A stretch of 64,000 nt of DNA from Gnetum montanum (lineage: Eukaryota > Plantae > Gnetophyta), in contig MNCI01002237.1 of NCBI GenBank assembly GCA_015680685.1, positions 72,648-136,647 on the forward strand, written 5' to 3'. The notes beneath the pieces are model-generated. The model made no database searches, was not told the origin of the DNA, and saw nothing but the letters and a program-made list of their open reading frames with translations. The position numbers were made by a program, and so were the translations under genes. Positions 27,250 through 39,541 of this stretch are shown here, in pieces (position 1 is the stretch's first letter; each line of letters begins with the position of its first letter).

Positions 27250-27447
27250 AAGGCCTTAAACTGGCACATAGCCCACCATGGCCTAAAACTAGCAACACTT
27301 TTCCTTCCAATGCATGGCTCAAATTGGCCTTAAACTACCATTGGGGCCTAGAATGGCCTAAAACTACTAATACATGCTATCAACACATGTGGCCCAGAAT
27401 GGTCTAAAACTATCATTGTGGCCCAAAATGGCCTTAAACTAGCATGG
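27250..27447 (+). repeat. Degenerate tandem array of GGCCT(T/A)AAACT (~6 copies)
   Basis: Direct reading; related copies at 32038-32110. Confidence 0.75.
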
Positions 27448-27655
27448 GATATGCAATGGCCTAGTCACATTAATTCATCACATTACTAGCATTAAACTCA
27501 TAGTAAATAATCACAAAATCCATACACTTCATATAGCAAAACAATTCATTACATCTCATGTAAATAATAGTACATAGCATGGTCTTATACACCATGTGCC
27601 AAAAAATACACAAAATGCAAAAAACGCCCAATAGCAGGGCTACATTAGAATATGC

Positions 27656-30600
27656 TCAACTAGTGGTACTAGGTGGGGGTGGAGGTGCTTCCTCCTCCAG
27701 TGTGCTATTGGGGCCAGTAGCATTACCTTGTACCTACAACAACAACAAAAAAACAAGCCTATAAGCAAATGTACAATATACAAGCTAAGATAAAACCTAA
27801 AAAAGCATAAAACCAATACAAATAAGTAACCTAAGAGTGTCCCACATTGATCATGTGTGGAGGTAAACTATCAAGGTCCTCCTCCAAGTGTTGGAGGATC
27901 TCAACCTCAGATAGCCATGTCTAGTCCTCTTGGCCAAATTCAATCCCTACAAGGATCTTACCTTTTTCCATGGAGGTCCATGTAGGTGGGTCCATGGAAA
28001 ATGTAGTAGATGAAGCCTCTCCTAAGAGCATAATAATCTACCTCTCTGGGGAACCACTAACCACTATATGATAAGCGAACAACTCATAAGCATGTCTCTT
28101 GCTGGTCACCTCAAGAAACATCTCATGGTGGCAACGTTCCACAGACTCTTCTTTGAGCTACTAAAGATATGCATCTTACTCATGCTTATAGTGGTGTTTA
28201 TGGTTCATTTGCATCTATCCCCACCTGTGCACCTTGGTATGAAATATTTTCTAGTCTTGGTTATTTTGGACAAGCTGATTCATCCATAACCACTACTAAG
28301 TGATCTCACAAGTGGCCTTGTTTTTGCCATGGATGGCTAATCAATACATGGAATAATCAATATTTGTAGTCTACTAGGTACTATCTCCCCATGACTGAGC
28401 TTCTAGGAAGTCATATTAGGACTAAAGGTCCTTGATCTTTGTTTCTTGGCTCATCATCCTCTCCTGAAGTTTATGCATGCATTTCCATAGGTGCTCATTC
28501 AAACACCTAAAGATTCATAATGCTTTCACGTAGGAAAGTGTGCACTTTCTAATTACCTTATATATATATGATAAGGCACTTGCTCTACTTTAGGAAGGAA
28601 CTTGGGAATAACATCTACTTTAGCCACCTAGCTTGGATCCCAGCAAAGCTTAGAACCTGTTAGTATACAACAAGAAAATCAACCTTAGCCACAAACTCTA
28701 CATTAAATCGGTAAAGCAACATAATTAAAACAACTTCATATGCATACCAAGCTTAGGATCTACCTACTATAGGTGGTTAACCATGTCCTCCATGAAGGAA
28801 AACTTATTGGTCGTTTGTACCCATGGCTTCATATAGTAGGTAGATGTAGACAGTGGATTGCTAGCAGGCTCATTTGGGGCTGTGATCCAATAATGTAATA
28901 AGAAAAAACTAAATAGATAAAGATGCAAGAGGAAAAGAGAAACAATAGATGGCAACCTAAGACACTTACCTAGTAAGCCCTCAAGTGTGGGACTAGGGAG
29001 GTCTCCCAACTACACACCATTAAAGAGGCTATCAAAATCACCCCCATCAGGGTGGAGTAGCCCCTCCTCCAATTACTAGAGGATATTTGTGGCCTTTTGT
29101 AGCTCCTTCCTATGTGCTTCCCCCTCCTCAACTTGAGGAGGGGCCACTTCTACTATTGTTGTCACCACTACTTTGGTAGCCCTCTCTACTAATTTACAAA
29201 CATAACATGTTAGCATTAGTATAACATAGCAAGAAAACATAAAAGTATAAACATAAAAAATACAAAATGAATGCATCTAGTAATTTACATATACTAACCT
29301 ACAACCTCTATGTATAATTTGGGGATCTTAAGGCAAATATTCTTAATGCCTGCCTATCCAACCTTAAGAATAGCCTCCTCTATGGGACATGACATCTTGA
29401 TCTTTGCCTTGGACAATCGCACCATTTCCACAATATAGCAATTAGCCTTATTCATTTTCCCTATAACAACTAAGAGACCCTTTCCTATGCTATTACATGA
29501 ATAGTGTGACTACCCCAAGACACCTTTGGTTGTTACTGAATATGACTCATTGATATCCTCTGGGGGGATCCTATGCACAAGTGGTCATGAACATGTGCTT
29601 AACCTAAGGCTTAGATAGTTGTTCATAGTCTTGCACCACCCATCACCCACTATCACAACCACCAAAAGCTCTGTGAACCTTTGTAAATACCATGCGAAGA
29701 ACGTGAAGTGTATGTGAGACCTTGCAACAAAATATCCTGGTTAGCCCCAAGCAACAATGTTTTGGTGATGACTCTTGCAACCTTCACCACTAAGTGTAAC
29801 CACATCATCACACTAAAACCCTACAGCAAGAATTCTAGGAATTCATGTGCCCCTGGCTAGAACTACACTACCTAATAACCCACTAGCATATCTAGTGTAG
29901 GTGTGTTTGGCATAGGCTCGCTCATGCAGCAGAGAATGCCAACAAGCTTCATAACAACTAGGATGGGCTTTAGTAACACCCTACAACCATAAAGCAATAA
30001 ATGAAGCATTCGTATATACTAGATGCAATTTTAACAAAAAATATTAAAATTAAACTTAGCAAAATTAGCATAACATAGCATAGACTAGCAAAAAGTATCC
30101 TAGTGCCCCCTAGGGCCTTGTGGGTATAGGACATCAACACATACATTTGATGTGGCTAGTACTCACTGAGGTACCACATCTTTCACATAGGATTAGCATC
30201 TCATTTTACATTTTGCATGATTATTATCATTGCCATTATCATGGTTTGCATGTTTTAGGTAGTTTAATATCATTATTATTTGCACGTTTAGCATTGTTGC
30301 ATGCTTTAGCATTGTTGGCATTTTCACATTTTTCAAGTCTAGCTTTAAGAACAACTTATAAATTTTCCCAAACTTTTTCTAACTCCAGATACCGTAGTCT
30401 AAAATGCTACAAATTTTTCTAACTCTGGGTTACCTATGGGAGTGTAGTCCAAAAATACAACAAATTTTTCTAACTTTGGATCACCCTAACTACACTCTAG
30501 AACATTGTAGAGCATAGTCCCAAACTGCAAAAGAAATTCTAACTATTGACTATGCTCTCCATGGAGTGTAGTCCAAAAAAAAACTAAATTTTGGATGGGC

Positions 30601-31790
30601 TATTTTGAAGAATACTTGGCATCAACTATGCCTCAAAAATAGTAGTGTAGCCTTGGCCATGGCTAGTGAACCAAGGTTTGGCTACTGCCTCAGCACTTTC
30701 TCTACTCACCGCACCTTGCCACGACACTACACACTACTCACCTACCTCTCTAGGCACTACGCCCTACCATGGTGTTGCTTACCATCACTTTCACTGCACC
30801 CTGTGCTATCAACCCCAACCATAGTCATGATACCTATGTCCACAACCATAGCAACACCCCCATGCCATGTAGAAAACATAGTAGTAATGCATCCTTGGTT
30901 TACACATCTCCCCTGCAGCCCCTACTGTGCCATGGCCCAACACACTCACAACCCCTATGACCCCCAATGCACTTAACCCTTCCCTATGCCCTCTTTTTCC
31001 AAAAAATTAATGAAGAAAACATTGGAGGACAAACCCTTGCCACAACCCTATCTTGTGGTGGGCCACTCACAGCCACCATCTACACCTACATCCCTACCCC
31101 ATGTAAAACAAATTTCACTAAACAAATAAAAACATGGAAAAAACACTCTACCGTGGCCTCAACACTGTGGGTGATGGCTCTTGTTAGCCATCGCCAAGAT
31201 CCAAGTCCCTTTCCCTATGCTACAAAAAATTTAAAACCAAAAAAATTTTGTTTAAAGAATTTGCACATGATCCTTGTGGGAGTTGGTAGTCCCCCCTCCC
31301 ATCTGCAGTTGCACCATCCATTACCACAACTACAAAATCCCTTAAACCCTCATGTGCTCGCACATGCCCAATCCCCACAAGCAAAACCCTCATGTTCTAA
31401 AATCCAAAAAAAAAACCCTTCCCCACATGCACATCCTCCCTAGCCACTACAGTTGAAACAACCATAGTGACGATGACCCTTGTCATGGCAAGGCATCACC
31501 AACACCCAAAGCCCCAAACCCTCTATGCATAAAAAAGTAAATCAATGCAAAAATGGCAAAATGGAAGAGCATAGTTAGGGTACTTGGCGGATGGTGGCAT
31601 CCTCCATCCCTCCACGTGTGCCCGTGGTAGGTGTCCTAGTGCCTGTGCTCCCTCATCTACATTCACCAATATAGGGTATTGGCATCCACTTTAGTGAGTC
31701 ATCTTGGAAGCAACTACACTCTTCACATATTGCACTATGCTTTGAAACTTTGCATTTTAAACTTTTAAAAATGATAGACTTACCCAAGGT
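27656..31790 (-). pseudogene. Multi-exon antisense accessory gene of D, unknown product (decayed)
   Basis: Minus-strand exons ~29299-29980 and ~27829-28656 stay in one frame with only scattered stops (mostly TAG/TGA); short T-rich GT-AG introns; minus-strand TATAAAAG ~31800; last exon VQGNATGPNSTLEEEAPPPPPSTTS*. Confidence 0.7.
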
Positions 31791-32213
31791 GAAATGTGCT
31801 TTTATACCCCCATGGACAACCTAATGATTTACCAACCCTGGGACTATGATCAACCTTATCTATGCAATGGAGAGCATAGTTGGTCTAGAGCATAGTTGGA
31901 TGATAGTGTAGTTAGCATAGACTTAGAAAAATTTTAAATTTTTCTCATTACCTAGTGAACACCTAGTCTAACTCTACATCCTAAGCACTCCCAGCCTTGC
32001 CCAAAATGATGCATCTAGCACATACCATAGTATGCTAAGACCTTAAACTAGCATTCCATGGTCTGGTAAGACCTTAAACTGGTATCCATAATCTACTGAG
32101 GCTTAAAACTAAAACCAATGCACTTACCTTTCTTTAACAATGAATGCACATACTTAGGAAAATTTTTATTCCATTCCTTTCTTCATTTATGCATATTGAC
32201 TTCATTAAGACAG

Positions 32214-35200
32214 GTGTAGCTTAACGTTTTTCTAATTCTTTTTATGGGATTATCGCAAGAATATAACATGACTATGTGTGAGCATCTTCAATCACCTTTG
32301 GTCCTAACTAGGTCTCATGGTGATCTCACATGACACATTGATCCACAATGCCTAGACCTTGAGCTTATAATCTACGATGAATACGCAACATTTATAGAGG
32401 CATTACTAGATTAGTCAGAGCATGTAGTTAAGGCTGAAGATCTAGAGGTAGGTGATGTCACTGAGGATCCCTTTATTGAAATCCTTGTATCAATGCCTAA
32501 TGATGAGGCGAAAGCATTGAAACTTAGATTCTTGCTAGAGCCTCAACATGCCCAGAACATTGCTAAAGTGCTCAACGATAACATTAAGGCATTTGCATGG
32601 TCTTACGAAGACATGCCAGGCCTAGATCTTCATGTAGTTCAACATAACATAATCCTCAATCCCAGCATAAAACCAATTAAGAGAAAGTGCATAAGGTTAG
32701 GCTTGAGGTGGTATTAGTAGTCCATGATGAAATCACTAAACTCTATAAAGCTAGTTTCATCTAGGCCATTAACTACGCAGATTGGATCTCCAACATCATG
32801 GCTGTACCCATGAAAAATGGAAGTATATGCATTTGTAGAGACTTTTGGGACCTGAACAAGGTGACCATTAAAGACAATTTTCCATTTCCTAGCATTTTTC
32901 AATTGGTCGATACTAGAGTTCGTCATGCCTTGTTATCCTTCATGGATAGATCTCAAGTTACAACCAAATTTAGATCAACCCAGAGAACTAGCTCAATACT
33001 ACCTTTATGACCCCTTGAGGTACATTTTGTTACACCATGATGCCCTTCAAACTTAAGGCCATGGAAGAAACTTATCAACATGTCATGACTTACATTTTAG
33101 TAATTACATGTTGAATTTACTCAATGATTACATTGATGACATAGCAGTTAAGTCCAAAGTAGCACACAACCATGCAAATATCTTGGACCTTGTACTTAAA
33201 CATTGTCTAAAACACAAACTTAGGTTAAATCCCAAGAAATATGTTTTTAGTGTCAAGATGGACCACATTCTCAATTTCATAGTATCCAAAGCATACGTGT
33301 AAACCCCGATAAAATTAAGGCCATTATCACTAGCTAACCTTAAGGAGCTATGAGGGTTGTAGGGTAGATTGGAATTTATATGTAGGTTTATTACATGGTT
33401 GACCAAGAAGTTGTAGCTAATGCAACATTTGCTCAAAAGAGGAGTCCACTTTAAGTGGACTGCTCAATGCCAAGAGGCATTTGACAACCTTAAATAGGAG
33501 CTCACTCAACTTTCAATGGTCTACCCTTCGTAAGGAGATAAACCCTTCTACATCTACCTTGCTACCTCTAACATGTCCATCACTTTTCTACTTTGTCAAA
33601 AGCGAGATGATGGCATAGAGGTCTCGGTATACTACTTAAGCTATGCATTGGTTGCCTATGAAGAAAAGTATAATGATGTGGAAAAAATTGTCTTGCATTG
33701 GTCTTTGCCCTCAAGAAGTGGAGACACTATCTTTTCCACAATTACATCAACATCATCTGTAAGAGTAACATACTCTGAGTAATCATCATGGACATTTACA
33801 AGAGTAGTTTCATTGCATGATGGAAGGCAATAACAATGGATTTTGACCTACATTATGTTGCACAAGCCTTAACCAAAGGTCAAGCTATAGCTACATAACT
33901 TATGGTTTCACCCATCAACAGTCAAGCAACAATAGATATGAAATTTCTAGATGAGCATGTTAGTAGTGTAAGTTAAGTGCCTGACAACTTTGATGCACTC
34001 TTGCACTTTGATGATGCTTCAACCTCTCAAGGGGGTAGTGCCACTACCATTATCACATTCCCCTTTAGGGAGATCTAACCCTTCACATATTGTTTTGCAT
34101 TCCCATGCACTAACAATGTGGTAGAGTATGAAGGTCTCCTCTAGGGTATCCTAGTAGCTCGTGACTTACGAATCTAGAGCATAGCAATCTGAGGTGACTT
34201 GTAGTTGGTAGTGAACCAAGTTATAGAGGTTTATGATTATAAGGCCCAACATTTACAACCTTATTGTGGCCTGGAAAAGCACTTGCTTAAATAATTTGCA
34301 ACTACTAATGTTCAACATATCCCCTACAACAAAAATTCCATAGACGATGCATTAGCAAAATTAGCCTTAAGCATTGCACCTAACATGTTTCACGCATTGC
34401 CCACCTTGGTGGTGGATTGAACTATGCCTATCATGCAAACCACTAATATTGCATCCATAGGCACAATTAGCATGACCCACACAGTAGAGTGGTATGATGA
34501 CATTAATGCATACCTTCTAGAGGGTGAGCCTCTATAGCATCTAACCATTTCCCTAAAGGATGTAATGCAAAAATGATCGTGGTAGTATGTCATTGTGGAA
34601 GATGACACCTTGTGTTACAAATCCAATGCTGGGATACTATTGATCTTCATTACTGATGGTGAAGTGTAGACAATCATTGAACAAGTCCATGAGGAACTGT
34701 GTGAAGGCCACATAATGCCCAGGGCAATGGTGGAAAAAATTAAATGCTTGGGCTATTATTTTCCTTACATGAATTACGATTGCATCTCCAAGGTTAAAGC
34801 ATGTGACACATGTCAACAACATGACAACTTAATGCACGTGCCACCAACTGAGTTGCACACAATATAGATCATGTGGCCATTTCAACACTAGTGGTTGGAC
34901 ATCATTGGACCTATAATGCCTAGGTCCTCCATAGGGAATAGCTTCATTATAACCATAACAGAGTATTTTACCAAGTGGGTTGAAGCTATTCCCCTTAGGA
35001 AGACTATCTCACAACATGTTTGCAAATTTGTGTTCAATAACATAGTGACTCATTTTGATTTATCAATGACCATCATAATGGAAAATGGGCCACAATTTAG
35101 CAATGCTGAAACTAAGGCCTTTTGTGAAAGCTTTGATATTAAATAGTTTTTTTCATTGTCATACTATCCACAAGTGAATGGCTAAGTAGAGGCCACAAAC

Positions 35201-35730
35201 AAAGGCATTGTTAACCTTCTAAAGAAGATGCTCAATACTAGGAAATGGCAATGGCATGAGTAGTTATTCTACACACTCTAGGCCTACTACACAACACGTA
35301 GAATAACAACAGGTAAAATGCCATATAGTTTGGTTTATGGATCTGAAGCTATTTTGCCTCTTGAATTACAATTCCATCACTTCATGTCATCCTCTCAAGC
35401 TTCACTGAAGAGGCTTAAAATAATGAGTTGAGAATGATGAACCTCAATTCAATAGAGGAGGAGCACATGTAGATGCTTGATCACATCAAGTGGTACCAAG
35501 AAAAGAAATAGCAAAAACATTATCATAACTAGCACCAATGCTCGATCAAGAAAGGGCACCTAGTCTTCAAGGCCATTTGCAAACCCGCAAATAAATTTTC
35601 AACCAACTAGGAAGGGCCTTTCTTGGTCATCAAGGCCTATGAAAATGGAGCATTCAAGCTTACTGACCATGATGACAATGAACTTGCCAGTTCAATGAAC
35701 CACTCATATTTGAAGCTTTACTACACCTAG
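32214..35730 (+). pseudogene. D RT-RNase H-archaeal-type RNase H-integrase
   Basis: FAWSYEDMPGLD; YIDDIAVKS; aRH LHFDDAS..TNNVVEYEGLL; LDIIGPIMP..EYFTKWVEAIPL. Confidence 0.92.
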
Positions 35731-35774
35731 CACGTAACACCACATCTTGATAAAGCAAGGTAAGCATAAGTTCA

Positions 35775-35915
35775 ATATGATTATAAACTAGCATAGCAAC
35801 TCCACTATGACTATAAACTAGCACAACTCATCCACTATGACATTAAACTAGCATAGGTAGTCTAATATAACTATAAACTAGCATAGACTATTTGCCATGA
35901 CTATAAACTAGCACA
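35775..35915 (+). repeat. 3' UTR tandem repeat of D (~29 bp, TGACTATAAACTAGCA core, 5 copies)
   Basis: Direct reading; 3' UTR tandem repeats are typical of Tat/Ogre elements. Confidence 0.85.
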
Positions 35916-36520
35916 AATTGTCCTTGGGTCATGACAATAAAATAGCCTTTTGTAACTTGCATTTTGCAATGTGTAGAGCCCCAAAGTAGGTTTACCTCAC
36001 AATCAAAAAAGCAAAAAAAGATGCAAAAAAAAATAAAAGAAAAAAAAGAGCAAGGCAAAACATGTTTCCAAGCAAAATTAGCAAAGCTACAATTTTGTAA
36101 CTTGTCCAACCTTAAATCCTCAACAACCTTCTCATAAGCACTCCAACAAGAGGTCATAATTTTAGGGGCAAGCCATTCTAATTCCATGGATGCTGACTCT
36201 CTCACAAGCATTCTAACAAGAGGTCATTATTTTGATGACAACCTACCCTAGTGCCATGATCATCGTTAGCTATGCTAACTTTACAACTTGTAGTAGCACA
36301 CATTGTTTGTATTTCATTTTCCTTTTACCACATAGTACATTCCCTACACCCTTTGCCTCTAGCATACTACAAGCCTTTGCAGTCTTAAGCATGGTGCAAT
36401 GAAATCTAGTTGGGTACTAACAAGTAATGTCAGTTCCTGGCTTGCTATGATATGATGTTTTATCATTCTTTATTGACATCTCTTAGCCCACTCTTCCATA
36501 AATCAACAAAGAGGGGCCAA

Positions 36521-38177
36521 TGAAACACAACCAAATTTGGGTCATCACATCTCAACTAGAAATTTGTCTAAGTGTCAACATAAGGAAAATTTTTTCTAAG
36601 TGTTGGGCCTATACTCTCCACTGCTAGGACTATGCTCCAGAGTGTGGTCAGTGTAGTCTACAATAGAGGTCCAGATTTGAAAGATTTTTCTAAATGTCAA
36701 CAATAGCTACAAATTTTTCTAAGCATGGGAACTACACTCTGACTACCAAGACTATTCTTCAGAGTGTAGTTAGCACACCAATGGCCAATTTTGCAAATTT
36801 TCCTAAGTGTCAAGCCAAAAGTTGTTAAGCTTAGTTGGCATGGAAGAAATAGTTTTGCAAATTTTCTAAGTGTAACCACACTCCCTACTATGCTTTAGAA
36901 CATAGTTAGTGTAGTCTACATGGAGATACTAGTTTTGCAAAATCTTTCAAACTACTGAGGCTATGATCTCACTACTAGGACTATGCTTTAGAGTGTAGTT
37001 GGCACTAGAACACATTGTTTGCAAATTCTATCTAACGATTGGGACTATGCTCTAGAGTGTAGTCAATGTAGTCATGAAAAACTACCTATAGAAGCCTCCA
37101 AAACATAGCATTGGCCTTCATCTTAGCTCCAACACACATCCAACAAGCAAGATTAGCAAATTTTCTCTCTTTTTCCCCTTCATTTCCCTCCAAATTGTGC
37201 CTATGCTCAACACCACTCGAGAGAGTGGACAACGTAGTTATAGAGCATAGTCAAAAAAACTACACTATTTTGCATTGTTTTCAAGTACATTGCAGTTTGT
37301 TCAACACTTGCACATGCAGTTTGAGTCATGTAGTCATAGTATGGTAGTCTTGCAGAGTCCATTGAAGCATACCAGTAGAACACCATTTACTTCATTGGGA
37401 GCATTGTTGGGTGTAGTGTAGTCCCAACTATCCCTCTACCACATGGCAGCCGATCCACATTTCACAGCAATCCTAATCCTATAAATACCCTAGTGATCTA
37501 CATTCTATGGGTTGGCAATTCTTACATGCAATTGGCAAAACTACATGTTGAGCATTCTCACATCCAAGCACACTTGGCATTTCAGCAAACTCTAGATTGG
37601 CACTTGGCACCATCGCACACCACCTAGCACATCGAAAGCCACTGTAGCCCATAGGACACTACGAAAGCCAACCTAGTAGGCATAAACTTCATGGTGGATG
37701 TCATTCTTCATAGCATAGACATCCTAAGATGATGACTACATTGCCTTCTATGCCCATTTTTACACCACGTACTTGCTCATCTTTTCTTTTAGTTGACTAT
37801 GCTCCCCCCATTTGGGGTCATGCCACTTTCTCTTTCCCTTATCTCCTATGCATTTTTAGCATTTTCTCTTGCATTTTAGCATTCTACTTGAAGTTTTTGC
37901 TATTTTCTGCACATACTCATGCATTTGCACCTTCATTTTGCACTGGAAACCTTGACTATAGTCACCCTCATTAACATCATAAATGCCACAAACACTATGC
38001 AAACCCTTAGCATTCATTTTGGCATCGCACTCCATAAGTTACAATTCAATCAACAAGACCATTCTCAGCACCCCATCTCTATTTCTAGCAAGCTCTCACA
38101 TGGATGTGGGATCAAACTATGTGTACCACAAACCTCTCAATGTACCATTCGAGTCTTTGACATTTTTGGTCACTACA
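36521..38177 (+). repeat. 3' LTR of D
   Basis: Follows the PPT; homologous to 21210-22795. Confidence 0.9.
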
Positions 38178-39004
38178 AGGCAATGAGCCCATTTCATCCA
38201 CTTATTCACCAACTTTATGGTCTTTCTTGTTTTGGAAATATGAGGTCTCTTTTTCATTAATGAAACTTTAANTAAAAATTCATAAAAATATAAAATTTAG
38301 AAAAACATGATGGGAATTCAAAGCACATCCCCTAGACAAAATAATGGGCTACAAGCATTGGTTATGGGACTAGAAACACATGTTACCCATGCTTGAAGGT
38401 CCCCTCTAACTAGGGCCCTTTCTCACTTCTTACTTCTTTTTTCTTTCCAAATAAGGAATGGTGATTGATCTATCAAAGCATTCTTATGTCTCCAAGGGAT
38501 GGTCTGGTCTTAGAGTAGTGATGAAGAGTCACTGCAAGTGGCTAATTTTTATCTATACCGAGGGACTTTCATGGGTCATTTTAACATAAAATCCACAAGG
38601 GATTTCATGTGATCACGATTAGGAAATCCATTCCATATTTTCTCACATCCATTAATGCTTTTCATAATTCACCTCACTACTAGTTTCCATGTCTTATTCA
38701 ATGTCTTAGCTTGATGTGTTGGAGTTCTTAGGTAGATTCTTTTAGATTCAATCCTTAACTTTTCATAACCATTAATCAATTGTAGGATCCATGAACTCCT
38801 TATTTTGAATATATGTAAGGGTAAAAAGGGCATGAGCCTACTATGGNNNNNNNNNNNNNNNNNNNNNNNNNNNNNNNNNNNNNNNNNNNNNNNNNNNNNN
38901 NNNNNNNNNNNNNNNNNNNNNNNNNNNNNNNNNNNNNNNNNNNNNNNNNNNNNNNNNNNNNNNNNNNNNGAAATATTTAATATGGAAAATTTTCTAGAAT
39001 AGCT

Positions 39005-39095
39005 CCATTAATGTGATCCCATATATGCATCACATCCATTGATGCAACATCATTGATGAGACCCCATTGACACAAGGTAAAAATGCCTATAAATA
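39005..39095 (+). promoter_or_regulatory. Putative internal promoter of C accessory gene
   Basis: Cluster of CATTGAYR/CATTAATG motifs followed by GCCTATAAATA, the same architecture as C's LTR U3. Confidence 0.6.
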
Positions 39096-39541
39096 CATGG
39101 AAACACTTAGCAAGTTTTCACATTTTCTCATAAATGAGAGGGGAGTTTTTGGATTCTCCAAAGGCCAAAACCTTCCAAGAGCCACATTTCCCTACTCGTT
39201 TGTTTGATTCACTCCATTTTTTGACCCTGTAGCTAACAAAGGTAATCTCTTTGTCATGGGGGCCACAAACCTTAAGTTTTCAATAGAAAATTTTTCAAGA
39301 TTTTTCTAACTCCTACAAAGGTTTAACTAAGAAATCAACATGAAAACATCAAATTATGAGTGTTAGACCCTTCCAAAAAGCTTCTATAACATTAATAATG
39401 AAAAATCATTAAATTAATAATAAAATGATGAATCTGCCATGATCCAAATTTATCCTAAGTGTAACTACCCAATGAAATAAGGTACTAAAATGTTATAAGT
39501 TACACATTGTATGCTAATCCTTGATTATGTTGTGACCATAG

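Larger units (their letters stand above)
21210..38177 (+). mobile_element. Element D: Tat-clade (Ogre/Retand-type domain order) LTR retrotransposon inserted in C's 3' region
   Basis: LTRs 21210-22795 and 36521-38177 (TG...ACTACA); TSD AGACA/AGGCA; Asn PBS; PPT AAAGAGGGGCCAA; RT-RH-aRH-INT order. Confidence 0.9.

Noticed and set aside
27829-29980. Calling D's antisense gene a plant mobile domain (PMD) protein
   Set aside because: My manual translations show no convincing PMD motifs; left as unknown
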